DNA from: Trichormus sp. ATA11-4-KO1
GTDB lineage: Bacteria; Cyanobacteriota; Cyanobacteriia; Cyanobacteriales; Nostocaceae
Length of the DNA: 64,000 nucleotides
Assembly (NCBI GenBank): GCA_019358915.1
Contig: JAHHIM010000005.1
Location: forward strand, 1-64,000
Reading direction: 5' to 3'
The notes under the pieces are model-generated. The model was given only the letters and a program-made list of their open reading frames with translations. It was not told where the DNA came from and did no database searches. The first letter of the stretch is position 1, and each line of letters starts with the position of its first letter. Below are positions 31,577 through 42,650 of this stretch, piece after piece. The translations under genes and the position numbers were made by a program.

Positions 31577-32932
31577 TCAGTTCGGCGATCGCGTTAACTT
31601 TAAAGCCTCAGTAGCCGATATCCCCTCACCCTGAGTGCCGAAATACCCCAAAGTAGCAGCAGCCTCAGCACGAGAAACTGGTTTTTTAGGTTGAAACAGC
31701 GTTGTATAGCCAAACACCCGCCGAATATTTGATTGTTCACCATTCTGAAAATCAGCTAACACGGCGCGTAAGGCTTTGGGGTCAATTTTTCCCGTATCTT
31801 GGAAACCCCAAGTTTCCTTGACTGCTTCTAAGTTGGCATTAGGTAAAGCTTGGCGAGTATCCAGAGGAATTTTCCACAAAATCAAATTCTCCCGTGTTAA
31901 CGGGGCATCAGGACGAAACAAAACTACGGTCGAGTCTCCAGATAGCGGACTGGGAATTAACCCAGTTTCAGCTAACCCTTGAATTGCTGGAAAATCAGGA
32001 TCTGTTTTTGTCACATCACTAAAAGCTGGTGTAGCGCTTTCAGATGCCAAGCGAATTTGTTTAGCTGGATTATTCGCATACATGGCATTGTTAGCTGCAA
32101 CTAACCAACGAGCGTATTCTCGGCGGGTGATGGTTTTACCAGGTTCAAATTGATTAGTTGTAGCATCATAAGAACTGCTTTTAGCTGCCTGAGACTCCAA
32201 AGACAAAACACCTAAAGCCGCTAAATCTTGGATGTGTTGTCGCAATTCTTGTGGTGCTTTGTCGAGATCGTTGAATGTCTGAGATGTCTGGCTACTAGAT
32301 GTGTCGCCTGGCTGTGTTGCCAAGTTGTCAGGTAGCACCGGTCCTAGAAAATTGGGATTATCTGGTTGAGGACTGATAGTTTGGGTAGATTGTGCTGCTG
32401 TCGTATTGGGTACGTACTCAATGAGTAATGTGGTGGCTGTTTGTGGTTGATTGGGCTGGGGATTAGTCACTGATTGAGCTTGAATAGAAACCCTCACCTG
32501 CAAATCTTGACGACGTGCCTCAAAGGTTTCTCCTGATTCATCGGTTGGCTGTTGTAAAATTTGCCAATCGCTTTTTTGAAATTGGTCACGATAAAAGCTA
32601 GCAATAAAATTGCTGGGGTCATCACTCAGCCAGCGAGTTACTACTCTGTTTTCTAAGTCACTAGCAGGTGTTACTTTTTCTAATTTGGCATTGGGATATA
32701 AGGGGATCTCTTGCGGAAAATCAGCAGGCAATTGCTCTGTGGGTTGGTTTTGCCCTGGTTGTAGTTGACTCTCTCTAGATTTACCAAAGTTGACTGGATT
32801 ATCTTGTAATCTGGGATCTGCCGCCAAAGACTGCTCAAGGGTCTTGGCGGTTGGACTGTTACCACAGGCTGTTAATGCAGTGAGTACAACAGCCAAACTC
32901 AGAAGGACAGCAGGACGTTTACAGAAAAGCAC
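31577..32932 (-). CDS. SLH-domain lipoprotein
   Basis: Lipobox LTAC; SLH motifs ITRREYARWL, LTRE, VSRAEAA. Confidence 0.82.
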   Translation of the reverse strand: MLFCKRPAVLLSLAVVLTALTACGNSPTAKTLEQSLAADPRLQDNPVNFGKSRESQLQPGQNQPTEQLPADFPQEIPLYPNAKLEKVTPASDLENRVVTRWLSDDPSNFIASFYRDQFQKSDWQILQQPTDESGETFEARRQDLQVRVSIQAQSVTNPQPNQPQTATTLLIEYVPNTTAAQSTQTISPQPDNPNFLGPVLPDNLATQPGDTSSSQTSQTFNDLDKAPQELRQHIQDLAALGVLSLESQAAKSSSYDATTNQFEPGKTITRREYARWLVAANNAMYANNPAKQIRLASESATPAFSDVTKTDPDFPAIQGLAETGLIPSPLSGDSTVVLFRPDAPLTRENLILWKIPLDTRQALPNANLEAVKETWGFQDTGKIDPKALRAVLADFQNGEQSNIRRVFGYTTLFQPKKPVSRAEAAATLGYFGTQGEGISATEALKLTRSPN

Positions 32933-33014
32933 AGGAAATTACTAATCGCATGTCAATTCCTACCCTAACGCAGACTATTACAATTTTATTTAAGATATGG
33001 ATTTATTGGGTGAA

Positions 33015-33241
33015 CTACCCACACTGTACTTGGTACTCCAAGTCAGTATTCGAGAGCAAGCGAGGTTGTTGATGGCAAAATCGCTGGTAATCTTCTTTTA
33101 ATGACTGCTGTAGTGCCAGTTTTTCTTCCCATTCGGTGGCTAGTTGACGTGCTACAAGTCGATTTTCTGGTTCAACCAATCGATAGTGCCGTCCAGCTCG
33201 CTCGGCTTCAAAAGCGGCTCTTTCCAATCGCTGTTGCCACA
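33015..33241 (-). pseudogene. Internal fragment of a large serine recombinase-family gene
   Basis: WQQRLERAAFEAERAGRHYRLVEPENRLVARQLATEWEEKL, typical of the coiled-coil region of these recombinases; no N-terminus. Confidence 0.65.
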
Positions 33242-33242
33242 G

Positions 33243-33445
33243 TCAGTAGACCGAAAAGTTCTGCGATCGCTAAAAAATAGTAGTCTGTGATACCGTTTTT
33301 GGAGAAAAGTGTAAAAGCTGATTGCTTTGGACAAAATATAAGTTTAGTTTATTAATAAAGGGTAACAACGCGATTGAATTTTGAATTTTGAATTGATTCA
33401 TAGGTATTGCTCTGTGCGCGATCGCAAAAGTTTTCGGTCTACTGA
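33243..33445. mobile_element. MITE (~203 bp) with 28-bp terminal inverted repeats
   Basis: TCAGTAGACCGAAAAGTTCTGCGATCGC (33243-33270) against the reverse complement of 33418-33445: 26/28 identical. Confidence 0.75.
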
Positions 33446-33465
33446 ATATATCTCAACTAAACGAC

Positions 33466-34683
33466 CTAAGCACTTCTTAAGGCCACAATTGGGTCAAGTT
33501 TAGCAGCGCGACGTGCAGGAACAACACCAAAGAATAAACCAATACCACCAGAAACACCAACGGCTGTCGCAATTGCTACAGGAGAAATTGCTGCTTCTAA
33601 AGGAGTAACTGCTGCTACCAAAAGAATGCCGCTCACACCAACCGCAGTCCCAACTAAGCCGCCGATAACTGAAACAATCACCGCCTCAATCATGAACTGA
33701 AGCAAAATATCTTGTTCTGTTGCGCCAATAGCTTTGCGTAGTCCGATTTCTTGGGTGCGTTCGGTGACGGAAACGAGCATAATATTCATGATGCCTATAC
33801 CGCCGACAAATAATGATATACCCGCGATCGCCGCTAGCATAATGGTTAATGCACCTGTAATTTGACCAACTGTTTGTAAGGCATCTTTTTGCGTGTTGAT
33901 GGTGAAATCATCTTCTCCAGTAATTTTGTGCCGTAAACGTAGTAAATTTGTAATTTGAAACTGGGCTGCATCCACACTCTCGGCATCGTTGGCTGAGGCG
34001 ACAATATAAGTTAACTCCAATCCATAGGGAGAAGTTCGCCCGACAATGCGGTTAGCCATAGTATTCAGTGGGATTAAGGCGGCTTCATCGTAATTGACAC
34101 CTAAGTTTGAGCCTTTACCCTCCAGCACACCAATGACTTGAAAGCTAGCGTTTTTAATCCGCAACTGCTGACCCACAGGGTTACGGTTACCAAAGAGTCT
34201 TTCTGCCAAGTCTGCACCTAGCACTACAAGTTGGTTACTGCGCCGCATGTCTATATCGTTGAAAAACCGTCCTGTGGCAGTTTCAAAGTCACGCACACTT
34301 AAGAAACTAGGAGTTGTACCAATAATATTCACATTAGTGTTTTGGTTTCGGGAGGTTACTACTTGCCGACTATTCAATTCTGCCGTGACTGCTGCTACCG
34401 TTGGTACTTGATTAGCGATCGCCTGAGCATCTTCATATACTAAAGTTTTCGGTAAATCTCGAGAGATGCGCTGTGTGGCGCGATTACCGGGAATCACAAA
34501 TAAAACGTTTGGCCCCAAAGATTCTAGTTGTTGAGAAACATACCTTTGTCCACCTTCACCAATCCCAATCATGGCAATTACTGAAGCATTGCCAATGACA
34601 ATCCCTAACATTGTCAAGGCGCTACGCAACTTATTTGATAGCAGGGTTTTTCCTGCCATTTGCACACTTTCTAGGAAATTCAT
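33466..34683 (-). CDS. MacB/FtsX-type ABC permease
   Basis: NKLRSALTMLGIVIG, GIMNIMLVSVTERTQEIGLRKAIGA, PARRAAKLDPI. Confidence 0.92.
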   Translation of the reverse strand: MNFLESVQMAGKTLLSNKLRSALTMLGIVIGNASVIAMIGIGEGGQRYVSQQLESLGPNVLFVIPGNRATQRISRDLPKTLVYEDAQAIANQVPTVAAVTAELNSRQVVTSRNQNTNVNIIGTTPSFLSVRDFETATGRFFNDIDMRRSNQLVVLGADLAERLFGNRNPVGQQLRIKNASFQVIGVLEGKGSNLGVNYDEAALIPLNTMANRIVGRTSPYGLELTYIVASANDAESVDAAQFQITNLLRLRHKITGEDDFTINTQKDALQTVGQITGALTIMLAAIAGISLFVGGIGIMNIMLVSVTERTQEIGLRKAIGATEQDILLQFMIEAVIVSVIGGLVGTAVGVSGILLVAAVTPLEAAISPVAIATAVGVSGGIGLFFGVVPARRAAKLDPIVALRSA

Positions 34684-34686
34684 AAT

Positions 34687-34717
34687 AATTCGTAATTCGT
34701 AATTCGTAATTCGTAAT
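34687..34717. repeat. AATTCGT STRR array
   Basis: About four tandem heptamers. Confidence 0.85.
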
Positions 34718-34718
34718 T

Positions 34719-36191
34719 TTATTGGTTGTTCTGCTGTCTGGCTCTTTCGATGATGTAGTCTTTTGGTGGGTTGATAAAGACGCGATCACCTTGTTGGAGT
34801 CCTTGTAAAATCTGAGTTTGGTCTTGGATTTGTGCCCCGATAGTGACTTCCCGGAACTGGGGTTGATTTTTTTCATCTGCTACCAATACGCCATTTTTGC
34901 CTCGTTCCGTGACAATTGCTACCGTTGGTAACACCAAAGCATCACTGAGGCGATCGCCTAAGAAAGTCAAATCTACATTTAAGCCAGAACGCAGTTGCTC
35001 TGTACCTGTATCGAGCGCCACTCGCACTTGAAAGGATGTCACGCCTTGTTCCACCACGGCTTCGGGAGCAATCAAACGTACAGTACCTTTAAATACTTGA
35101 TCAGGATAGGCATCAGCGACAATTTCCACCTGTTGTCCCTGTTGGATTCTGCCGATATCAACCTCTGGGACTTGCGCTAGTACTTCTAAACCCTGTGCAA
35201 CTGCAACAATTGAACTGGAAGTTGCTGATGCACTTGTAGACGCGGAAGTTGTAGGTGTAACAAATGCACCGATGTTAGCGTATTTCTGCGTCACAATTCC
35301 GGAGAAGGGCGCACGAATCACAGTGTCTTGTAACCTCACTTCTGCGGCCTGAATTTGCGCTTCAGCTGCTTTCACAGCTGCTTGACGTTGCGCAATTTCT
35401 TCTGGACGGCTGCCATTTTGTAACAGTACTAATGCGGCGCGTGCTTCAGTTACAGCAGCTTCCCTAGCTGTAATTTCCTCGTTGCGGCTACCACTTTCTA
35501 ATAGTGATAGTCGTTTTTGTGCTTCTTCTAAACTAGCTTTTGCCCTTTGGTCTTCACTAATGTATTGTTCTAATTGGTCTTGAGAAGTTGCCCCTTGCTG
35601 CGTTAATTCTCGATAGCGGTTCACCCGTGATTGCGTGAGAGTCACCTGTGCTTGGGCGGAATTCACCTGTGCTTGGGCTTGGGCAATTTCTTGAGCGCGA
35701 TTTCCGGCACGCGCTTGGTCTAATTGTGCCTCTGCTTGGGCTAATTTTGCTCTGGCTTGGGCAATTTCTTGGGGACGACTCCCTGCACGCGCTTGGTCTA
35801 ACTGTGCCTGTGCTTGGGCTAAATTGGCACGGTATTGCAGGATTTGCGCTTGAATGTCACCTACATCCATCCGGGCGAGAACTTGTCCTTGTTCCACGCG
35901 ATCGCCCTGTTCTACATATAACTGTGCCAGTTCTCCGGGGTTTTTCGGACTGACATTCACACTTTGCACTGGCTCCACCTTACCACTGGCAGTAATTCGC
36001 AAAGTGATATTTTTTGCTTCCACAGGAACAGTTAATTGGGTAATATCTTGTTTGCTTGTTTTTCCATTAATCAGGTTGTAAGTAGCAGTTGTTGTGCCCA
36101 CAACCAAGGAACCTGCTGCTATTAGCCCCATCAGCCAGCGTAGGGGATATTTTACTTTGCCAATAACAGGAACTTCTATTTGCGTAATCAT
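34719..36191 (-). CDS. HlyD/MacA-type periplasmic adaptor
   Basis: VEQGDRVEQGQVLARMD, long coiled coil, IRAPFSGIV. Confidence 0.92.
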   Translation of the reverse strand: MITQIEVPVIGKVKYPLRWLMGLIAAGSLVVGTTTATYNLINGKTSKQDITQLTVPVEAKNITLRITASGKVEPVQSVNVSPKNPGELAQLYVEQGDRVEQGQVLARMDVGDIQAQILQYRANLAQAQAQLDQARAGSRPQEIAQARAKLAQAEAQLDQARAGNRAQEIAQAQAQVNSAQAQVTLTQSRVNRYRELTQQGATSQDQLEQYISEDQRAKASLEEAQKRLSLLESGSRNEEITAREAAVTEARAALVLLQNGSRPEEIAQRQAAVKAAEAQIQAAEVRLQDTVIRAPFSGIVTQKYANIGAFVTPTTSASTSASATSSSIVAVAQGLEVLAQVPEVDIGRIQQGQQVEIVADAYPDQVFKGTVRLIAPEAVVEQGVTSFQVRVALDTGTEQLRSGLNVDLTFLGDRLSDALVLPTVAIVTERGKNGVLVADEKNQPQFREVTIGAQIQDQTQILQGLQQGDRVFINPPKDYIIERARQQNNQ

Positions 36192-36628
36192 AAATATACA
36201 AATATTGCTTTGTTTGATTAGCCTTTAGTGGGATGGCAACTTGAGGAATGTGAAAAACTTCTGGATTAAATAAATATTTATCAATAAAATCAACATCTAA
36301 ATGAACCAGTAATTGCAAAATCTGCTTACATACTAGCCTTTAGTATTTCTATATGCCTTCACCTGATTGGGTGACTATACTTATGTAACACAAATACTCG
36401 ACTTTATCCATTTTTTTCGCAACGCGATTGCCCAAGCTGAAACCTATGTGGGACGGTAGTTTTATTCTTTGAACTTCATCGATACTCTGTGACGTAGAAA
36501 AAGTATTTGCCAAAAAGACAGGATTTTTGCCAGATAAAGAAATCGAGTTCTTAATTTTGGATAAAGTCGAGCTTAGAACTTACACATTGACAAAATTTAA
36601 TATCAATTTATCCAGCAGTAATCCTTGC

Positions 36629-36676
36629 ATGACCGCAGTCATTAGTAATTCTAAAATTATGTATGACCAAAGTCAT
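36629..36676. promoter_or_regulatory. Pair of ATGAC-N4-GTCAT palindromes
   Basis: ATGACCGCAGTCAT at 36629 and ATGACCAAAGTCAT at 36663. Confidence 0.55.
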
Positions 36677-36785
36677 CAATTTATGAACTAGATTTGCTAA
36701 ATTAAAAACCTGCTAATTTGTGTAGTTTTTTTATAAGCTTAGTTATGTAACTTGGCGATCGCCTGTATTTATTTTCTCAATAAAG

Positions 36786-36814
36786 TACCCTCCAAAAATA
36801 AAATTGGAGGGGTA
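36786..36814 (-). terminator. Hairpin downstream of the 36913-37308 gene
   Basis: CCCTCCAA / TTGGAGGG stem. Confidence 0.45.
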
Positions 36815-36912
36815 TATATTAAAGGAAATTATGACACGACCTTCTAAACGTGACAGCGTATAGCAAAAATTGTTGTGGTGAGATGAGCGATATTATACTC
36901 AAGTGGAAACTG

Positions 36913-37308
36913 CTATATTTGGATAATCATGCCATTGGGAAGTCTGATGAGGCCGTTCCTCAGTCTAACTGTGCTTCTCACAGGAACAATTTCCTGACTG
37001 GGAAGAAGAAAATCACCGTTGGGTAATCTCCAGTAACCATGATTACGCAGTCTGACTAATTTCCTCCGAGAGACAATTTGCCCGTTAGGCAGTCTGAGAT
37101 CACCATTAGAAAGTCTAACTACTCTTCCTCTTCTGTTGGGAGTAACAACTTTTCTGCTAGGAGTAACTACTCTCCTGGGGGTAACAACTCTAGCGCGGCT
37201 GGGTATATAATGGTGTCTTGGTCTAGCACTTGCAGGTGTGGACAAGAAAATTGGTGAAACTATCAGAGCCACAGCCAAAAGCATGGCTGAGCGAATTTGT
37301 TTCAACAT
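36913..37308 (-). CDS. Small secreted Arg-rich repeat protein
   Basis: Signal peptide ending PASA; VVTPxR and RLxNG repeats. Likely start ATG 37308. Confidence 0.7.
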   Translation of the reverse strand: MLKQIRSAMLLAVALIVSPIFLSTPASARPRHHYIPSRARVVTPRRVVTPSRKVVTPNRRGRVVRLSNGDLRLPNGQIVSRRKLVRLRNHGYWRLPNGDFLLPSQEIVPVRSTVRLRNGLIRLPNGMIIQI

Positions 37309-37374
37309 AAAATTGACTCCATTATTTGCACAAAATCTCAATTGTGTTTAATTCCCCATCGGGAAATTGGCAAT

Positions 37375-37464
37375 TGACTTGAAGTCATTATCTACTAAAA
37401 AGTGCCACGCTGTATATGACCAAAGTCACTAAATAACTCAGAAATAGAGTATGACTAAAGTCAT
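37375..37464. promoter_or_regulatory. Cluster of TGAC-N4/5-GTCA palindromes
   Basis: TGACTTGAAGTCA at 37375, ATGACCAAAGTCAC at 37416, ATGACTAAAGTCAT at 37451. Confidence 0.6.
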
Positions 37465-37715
37465 TAATATTCTTATCTTTCTGCAAATATAATCAACGAC
37501 TAATACTTTAAACGTCAACCCTTCTCAACTCCTACACTCTGCGCCTCTGCATGATCCAAATCTTCTCTCCTGTCAATGGTGATGTCAACAGGTAAATTAG
37601 GTTAAGGTGATTGATGCAGCCAGCGCTAACGACTTGAAACTTTACCTTTCGTCTAAAGCAGAGATCGTTTAAGCTAGCTGGAAGATTCTTTGATTTGTGG
37701 CTAAGAGGCGGTAGT

Positions 37716-38585
37716 GTGCCCAAACATGTTAGTTTGATTTCTTTTCTCGTTGTCTGTAGTTTGTGGAGTCTGCCCAGAGCAGCTCAGGCACAGGCATTGA
37801 TCCCCCATACACTGCAATTAGATGCAGCAAAATTGGAGAAGCAAGGGTTGAGCTTAGCACAAGAGGCAGCTCAACTCGGTCAATTTCAGCAGTTTGAGTT
37901 GGCTTTGCCACGTGCTCGACTGGCTAGTCAACTGGCGCCCCAGAATGATAAAGTTTGGTTTCTGTTAGGTGGTTTGCATTTGCAAACTAAGGATTTTGAT
38001 GGGGCTATGGCCGCATTGAAAAAAGCACAATCTCTCAATCCCAAAAATCCTGACATTCTGTTTGCTTTGGGTTCGGTCAATTTCCAACAGCAAAAGTACC
38101 AAGCTGCGGCAGATAATTACAAAGCAGGTTTGAAGTTAAAACCTGATAATGCAGAAGGGTTGTTTGATTTGGGTAACGCTTACTATATGTTAGGTCGATT
38201 GCCAGAGGCGATCGCCCAGTATAATAAATCCTTCTCTCAAGATAAAAAATTCTGGCCGGCGATTAATAACATTGGCTTAATCAACTATGAACAGGGTGAT
38301 GTCGAAGGAGCGATTAAGCAATGGCGCACCTCTGTTAGCATTGACAAGCAAGCCGCAGAGCCTTTATTAGCATTAGCCGTAGCACTGTATACTAAAGGCG
38401 ATCGCCAACAAGGCCTAACAATGGGAGAAGCTGCTATCCGCATCGATCAGCGCTATGCCGATTTGGATTTCCTCAAGGAAAACCTCTGGGGCAAACGCCT
38501 ACTGTCTGATGCCAAAACATTCCTAGAATTGCCACCCATTCAAGCTGCTCTACAGCAACAGGAAAACTCACCAGATCCCAGGTAA
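37716..38585 (+). CDS. Tetratricopeptide repeat protein (secreted)
   Basis: Signal peptide plus about six TPRs. ORF open from 37695. Confidence 0.85.
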   Translation: MPKHVSLISFLVVCSLWSLPRAAQAQALIPHTLQLDAAKLEKQGLSLAQEAAQLGQFQQFELALPRARLASQLAPQNDKVWFLLGGLHLQTKDFDGAMAALKKAQSLNPKNPDILFALGSVNFQQQKYQAAADNYKAGLKLKPDNAEGLFDLGNAYYMLGRLPEAIAQYNKSFSQDKKFWPAINNIGLINYEQGDVEGAIKQWRTSVSIDKQAAEPLLALAVALYTKGDRQQGLTMGEAAIRIDQRYADLDFLKENLWGKRLLSDAKTFLELPPIQAALQQQENSPDPR

Positions 38586-38923
38586 GGGGATAATTACTAA
38601 TTCGTAATTCGTAGTGTCTCTTTTCCTGCAAAACCCTAAGTGCCAAAGGCGCATACTGGATGGATGAATGCTCTCAGCGCCGCTATGCCGCAGGCGTAGT
38701 TCGTAATTTGTCATTACAGGCGTTGTCCTTGTGATTTAACAAATACGAATTTTAGTGACAACCTACCCAAGAGGCAAAAATTTAAAAATCTTTACTTTTT
38801 GCCTCATCCACTTAAACTACTTGCCGAACACTGTCATTTTATAGTACATATATACTAAACAAAGCAAGAATATTTACCCATAAAATACTTTGGGCGAATC
38901 TTCCTGACAACGGTCGTCAGTAC

Positions 38924-39328
38924 TTAGTGGATATCTGTGGGGAGAAGTGCAATGATTTGTTCAACAAACTGTTGATGATCTACAACAGGCTTAGAGATGT
39001 AGCCATCAGCACCGCTTTGATGAAGGAAGTTTTCGCGATCGCCTTCCATGGCATGTGCCGTTACCAGAATAACAGGTAAGTTTGCCGTTTGTGGGTCAGA
39101 TTTCAACATTTGTGTAATTTTGATGCCATCAACAGACTGACCTTGGTAAACGCTTCTTGACAAAGAGACATCCATCAAAATTAGGTCAGCTTCTCCTGAC
39201 TGGGCAATCTTAATTACTTCTTCCACATTTTCTGTGTGTTTCACATCCAAGCCACCCCGCTTGGTCAAAATTTTGGAAAAAACGCGAGCATTAATCAGAT
39301 CGTCTTCAACAATCAAAACGGTTTTCAT
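38924..39328 (-). CDS. Single-domain response regulator (DivK/CheY-like)
   Basis: VLIVEDD, LILMDV, VTAHAM, YISKP. Confidence 0.9.
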   Translation of the reverse strand: MKTVLIVEDDLINARVFSKILTKRGGLDVKHTENVEEVIKIAQSGEADLILMDVSLSRSVYQGQSVDGIKITQMLKSDPQTANLPVILVTAHAMEGDRENFLHQSGADGYISKPVVDHQQFVEQIIALLPTDIH

Positions 39329-39555
39329 GAGAATTTTATTTATAGAGGTGAGGGAGATTACAACCTGACCAAAACAGTTGTCTAGTTTCTTTTTAATCAT
39401 CAATTGGCATCCCCGTCATCAAGGATAATACTACTGCTTTTTACCCTTTTGTTATCAAGATTGTGTCAGGAATCTCATTTCATCCGTTATGCTGTGTTTG
39501 CTGCGGTGTTCAATTCAAGCGACCTTTGTGTAATTAAATTTCAGGGAAAAAACTC

Positions 39556-42066
39556 ATGGCAAAACAGTTAAACCTTCTCTCATCGGGACAGGTCATCACA
39601 ACAGCCCTGCACACGGAGATGCAACGGTCTTATCTAGAATATGCCATGAGTGTGATTGTTGGGCGGGCACTACCAGACGTGCGTGATGGCTTAAAGCCAG
39701 TGCATCGGCGGATTTTATATGCCATGCATGAACTAGGCCTGACACCAGATAGACCTTATCGTAAGTGCGCCCGTGTAGTAGGGGATGTGCTAGGTAAATA
39801 CCATCCCCACGGTGACCAAGCAGTTTACGATGCCTTAGTGAGGCTAGTACAGGAATTTTCCAGTCGCTATCCCTTACTGGCAGGACATGGCAACTTTGGT
39901 AGTGTCGATAATGATCCACCAGCAGCGATGCGTTATACCGAAACGCGTCTCGCACCCATCAGCCATGAGGGCATGTTGGCAGAAATTGGCGAGGAAACGG
40001 TGGAATTTGTCGGTAACTTCGATAATTCCCAGCAAGAACCTACGGTATTGCCTGCTCAGTTACCTTTTCTGTTGCTTAATGGCTGTGCTGGTATTGCCGT
40101 AGGGATGGCGACAAATATTCCCCCGCACAACTTGGGAGAATTAGTGGATGGCTTAATTGCCTTAATCGATCAGCCTGATTTGTCAGACGAGAAGTTATGG
40201 GAAATAATTCCCGGACCGGACTTTCCTACTGGTGGAGAAATAGTTGGTAATTTAGGGATTCGCGAAGCATACGCCACTGGTAAAGGTGGAATTTTGCTGC
40301 GAGGAGTCGCCAATATGGAGGAAATTGCACCTACTAGGGGTAGCAAGCGCCGGATGGCAATTATTATTACCGAATTGCCTTATCAAGTGAATAAAGCAGG
40401 CTGGATTGAAAAAGTAGCAGACTTAGTAAATCAAGGTCGCCTGCAAGGAATTTCCGATCTGCGGGACGAGAGCGATCGCGAAGGGATGCGAGTGGTAATT
40501 GAACTTAAACGCGATACTAATCCCCAAGAAGTTCTCCAGCACTTGTATCACCAAACCGCCTTACAAAGCAACTTTGGGGCAATTCTCTTAGCCTTGGTAG
40601 ATGGACAACCCCGCCAGTTAAGCTTGCGCCAGATGTTACAGGAGTTTTTAAAATTCCGGGAGCAAACCCTAAATCGTCGCTACAGCTATGAGTTGGGTAA
40701 GGCGGAAAGTCGGCTGCATATCGTCACAGGTTTGCTCAATGCACTGTCTCAACTAGATCAGGTAATTGAAATTTTACGGCAAGCAGCTGATGGTAGTACG
40801 GCAAAAATGACTCTATGTAGTCGCCTGGATTTGAGCGAAGAACAAGGAGATGCAATTCTCGCCATGCCATTACGCCGCCTCACTAGTTTAGAACAGCGCA
40901 ACTTGCAGCAAGAATTTGAGCAACTCAGCGAGCAAATCGCTTTATTGCAACGATTACTCAGCGATCGCCGCGAATTACTGAAAACACTGAAAAAAGATTT
41001 GCGATCGCTCAAGCGTAAGTATAACAATCCCCGGCGTACCAAGCTCTTACCTAACATTAGTGAGGAGTTACCCAAAAGTAAAGGAGCGGAAAAACTTAAA
41101 AGCAAAGCAGCCGCAGCAGAACTGCAAAATTTACCATCCTCTGAACCCGCAGAAGAAGTAATTTTGGAGTTTACCCAACGTGGATATGTGCGTCGAACTC
41201 AGCCATCAGGGAAAAAGTCGAAAGCTGAAAATGGTCTACACGACCATGACTTCATGATCCAAACCGAGTTGACTGACACACATAAAGAGTTGCTGGTACT
41301 AACTAGTAGTGGCAAAGTCTACCCTGTGAATGTGGGAGATATTCCCCCCACCACTGGACGTTCTCCACGGGGAACACCACTGATTACTATGCTCACTAGT
41401 ACCGCTCAAGGTGCCCAAGAAGCCGTTGTCAGCCGCTTAATACTGCCGGAAAATCTCGAAACTAGGCAGATCGTTCTCCTGACAAAGCAGGGACGAATTA
41501 AGCGCCTGTCTTTGGGAGAATTTACTAACTTGACTCGTCGAGGAATTACGATTTTAAAGCTTAAAGAAGATGATGAGTTGTTATTTACCCAGTTCACTAC
41601 TCCCAAGGAAAATCTAATTTTAGCCAGTTCAGGCGGACGCTTATTGAAGTTCGCCGCAGATGATCAACAACTCCCCGTTATGGGACGGACGGCGATGGGT
41701 TTACAAGCTTTTCGACTGCTGAAACATCAACAAATGGTTGGCTGTGTAACTGTGACTGGAGAAGATAACTTGTTGTTGGTGACTGAAGAAGGATATGCCA
41801 AACGTCTGCCTGCAAGTAATTTAAAACGAGCTAATCGGGGAGATTTAGGGACACAATCGCTGAAATTTGCTAGTAAAACGGATAATTTAGCTGGTATGGT
41901 TAAGGCGATCGCCTCTAGCGAAGTGGCATTGGTGACTAATAAAGAGCGCGTCGTGCGGATACTGATGGACACAGTACCTATCTTGAGTAGAGATAGTAAG
42001 GGTGAAAGTATCCTGCAACTCCACCGCGATGAAAAAATCGTCACTGTCGCCGAAGTGCAATCATAA
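39556..42066 (+). CDS. Type IIA topoisomerase A subunit (GyrA paralog / ParC-like)
   Basis: [23 protein letters not shown]-terminal pinwheel without a canonical QRRGGKG GyrA box. Confidence 0.92.
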   Translation: MAKQLNLLSSGQVITTALHTEMQRSYLEYAMSVIVGRALPDVRDGLKPVHRRILYAMHELGLTPDRPYRKCARVVGDVLGKYHPHGDQAVYDALVRLVQEFSSRYPLLAGHGNFGSVDNDPPAAMRYTETRLAPISHEGMLAEIGEETVEFVGNFDNSQQEPTVLPAQLPFLLLNGCAGIAVGMATNIPPHNLGELVDGLIALIDQPDLSDEKLWEIIPGPDFPTGGEIVGNLGIREAYATGKGGILLRGVANMEEIAPTRGSKRRMAIIITELPYQVNKAGWIEKVADLVNQGRLQGISDLRDESDREGMRVVIELKRDTNPQEVLQHLYHQTALQSNFGAILLALVDGQPRQLSLRQMLQEFLKFREQTLNRRYSYELGKAESRLHIVTGLLNALSQLDQVIEILRQAADGSTAKMTLCSRLDLSEEQGDAILAMPLRRLTSLEQRNLQQEFEQLSEQIALLQRLLSDRRELLKTLKKDLRSLKRKYNNPRRTKLLPNISEELPKSKGAEKLKSKAAAAELQNLPSSEPAEEVILEFTQRGYVRRTQPSGKKSKAENGLHDHDFMIQTELTDTHKELLVLTSSGKVYPVNVGDIPPTTGRSPRGTPLITMLTSTAQGAQEAVVSRLILPENLETRQIVLLTKQGRIKRLSLGEFTNLTRRGITILKLKEDDELLFTQFTTPKENLILASSGGRLLKFAADDQQLPVMGRTAMGLQAFRLLKHQQMVGCVTVTGEDNLLLVTEEGYAKRLPASNLKRANRGDLGTQSLKFASKTDNLAGMVKAIASSEVALVTNKERVVRILMDTVPILSRDSKGESILQLHRDEKIVTVAEVQS

Positions 42067-42095
42067 TTGGCACAAACAAAATTAGAACTTATGGG

Positions 42096-42130
42096 AACCT
42101 CACACGACTAGAAGCCGTGTGAGGTTTTTT
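42096..42130 (+). terminator. Intrinsic terminator
   Basis: AACCTCACACG / CGTGTGAGGTT stem followed by a T-run. Confidence 0.75.
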
Positions 42131-42592
42131 GATGAAGTATTACAAAGTGCTGAGTATAAACCCAATTGTTTCATGGTTCCGAGTAATTAACTCTGTCTTA
42201 AATTATAAGGAAGGAGGAAGAAGGACGAATTTAGTAGCTTGGTCGCGATTCGTCAAAGGGAAGACTTCTTACGTATTCCCTCTGACTTCTGACTTTGTTA
42301 AACTATGTGATTACGGCTATAAATGATAAACTTTCCCAAAATTTTATCCAGTGACTAAATTTTCATTGGTGATGGTAAATACCGATTAACTTGCATTTTT
42401 AGTCAAAGCTTTCCAGCCAAATGGTAAGATAATTAATAATTTATCTTAATAGAGAGATTTTTCAGAAAAAACTTCTTTAACCCTCAGTAACTCTATCCGG
42501 GGACAGATGCTTTTTTATAAATGACTAATTTGTGAATAAGTCAATATTTAGCAATAAAAGTATAAATTAACCTGGCATTTCTCAAAAACTTT

Positions 42593-42610
42593 GTTATATT
42601 AGTTTACATA
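42593..42610 (+). promoter_or_regulatory. HLR1 (RpaB-binding) motif upstream of hli
   Basis: GTTATATT-AG-TTTACATA fits the (G/T)TTACA(T/A)(T/A)-N2 direct repeat with one mismatch. Confidence 0.65.
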
Positions 42611-42650
42611 AAGCAATAATCCTTCGTAAACCTAATTTGGAGTGCCAACC

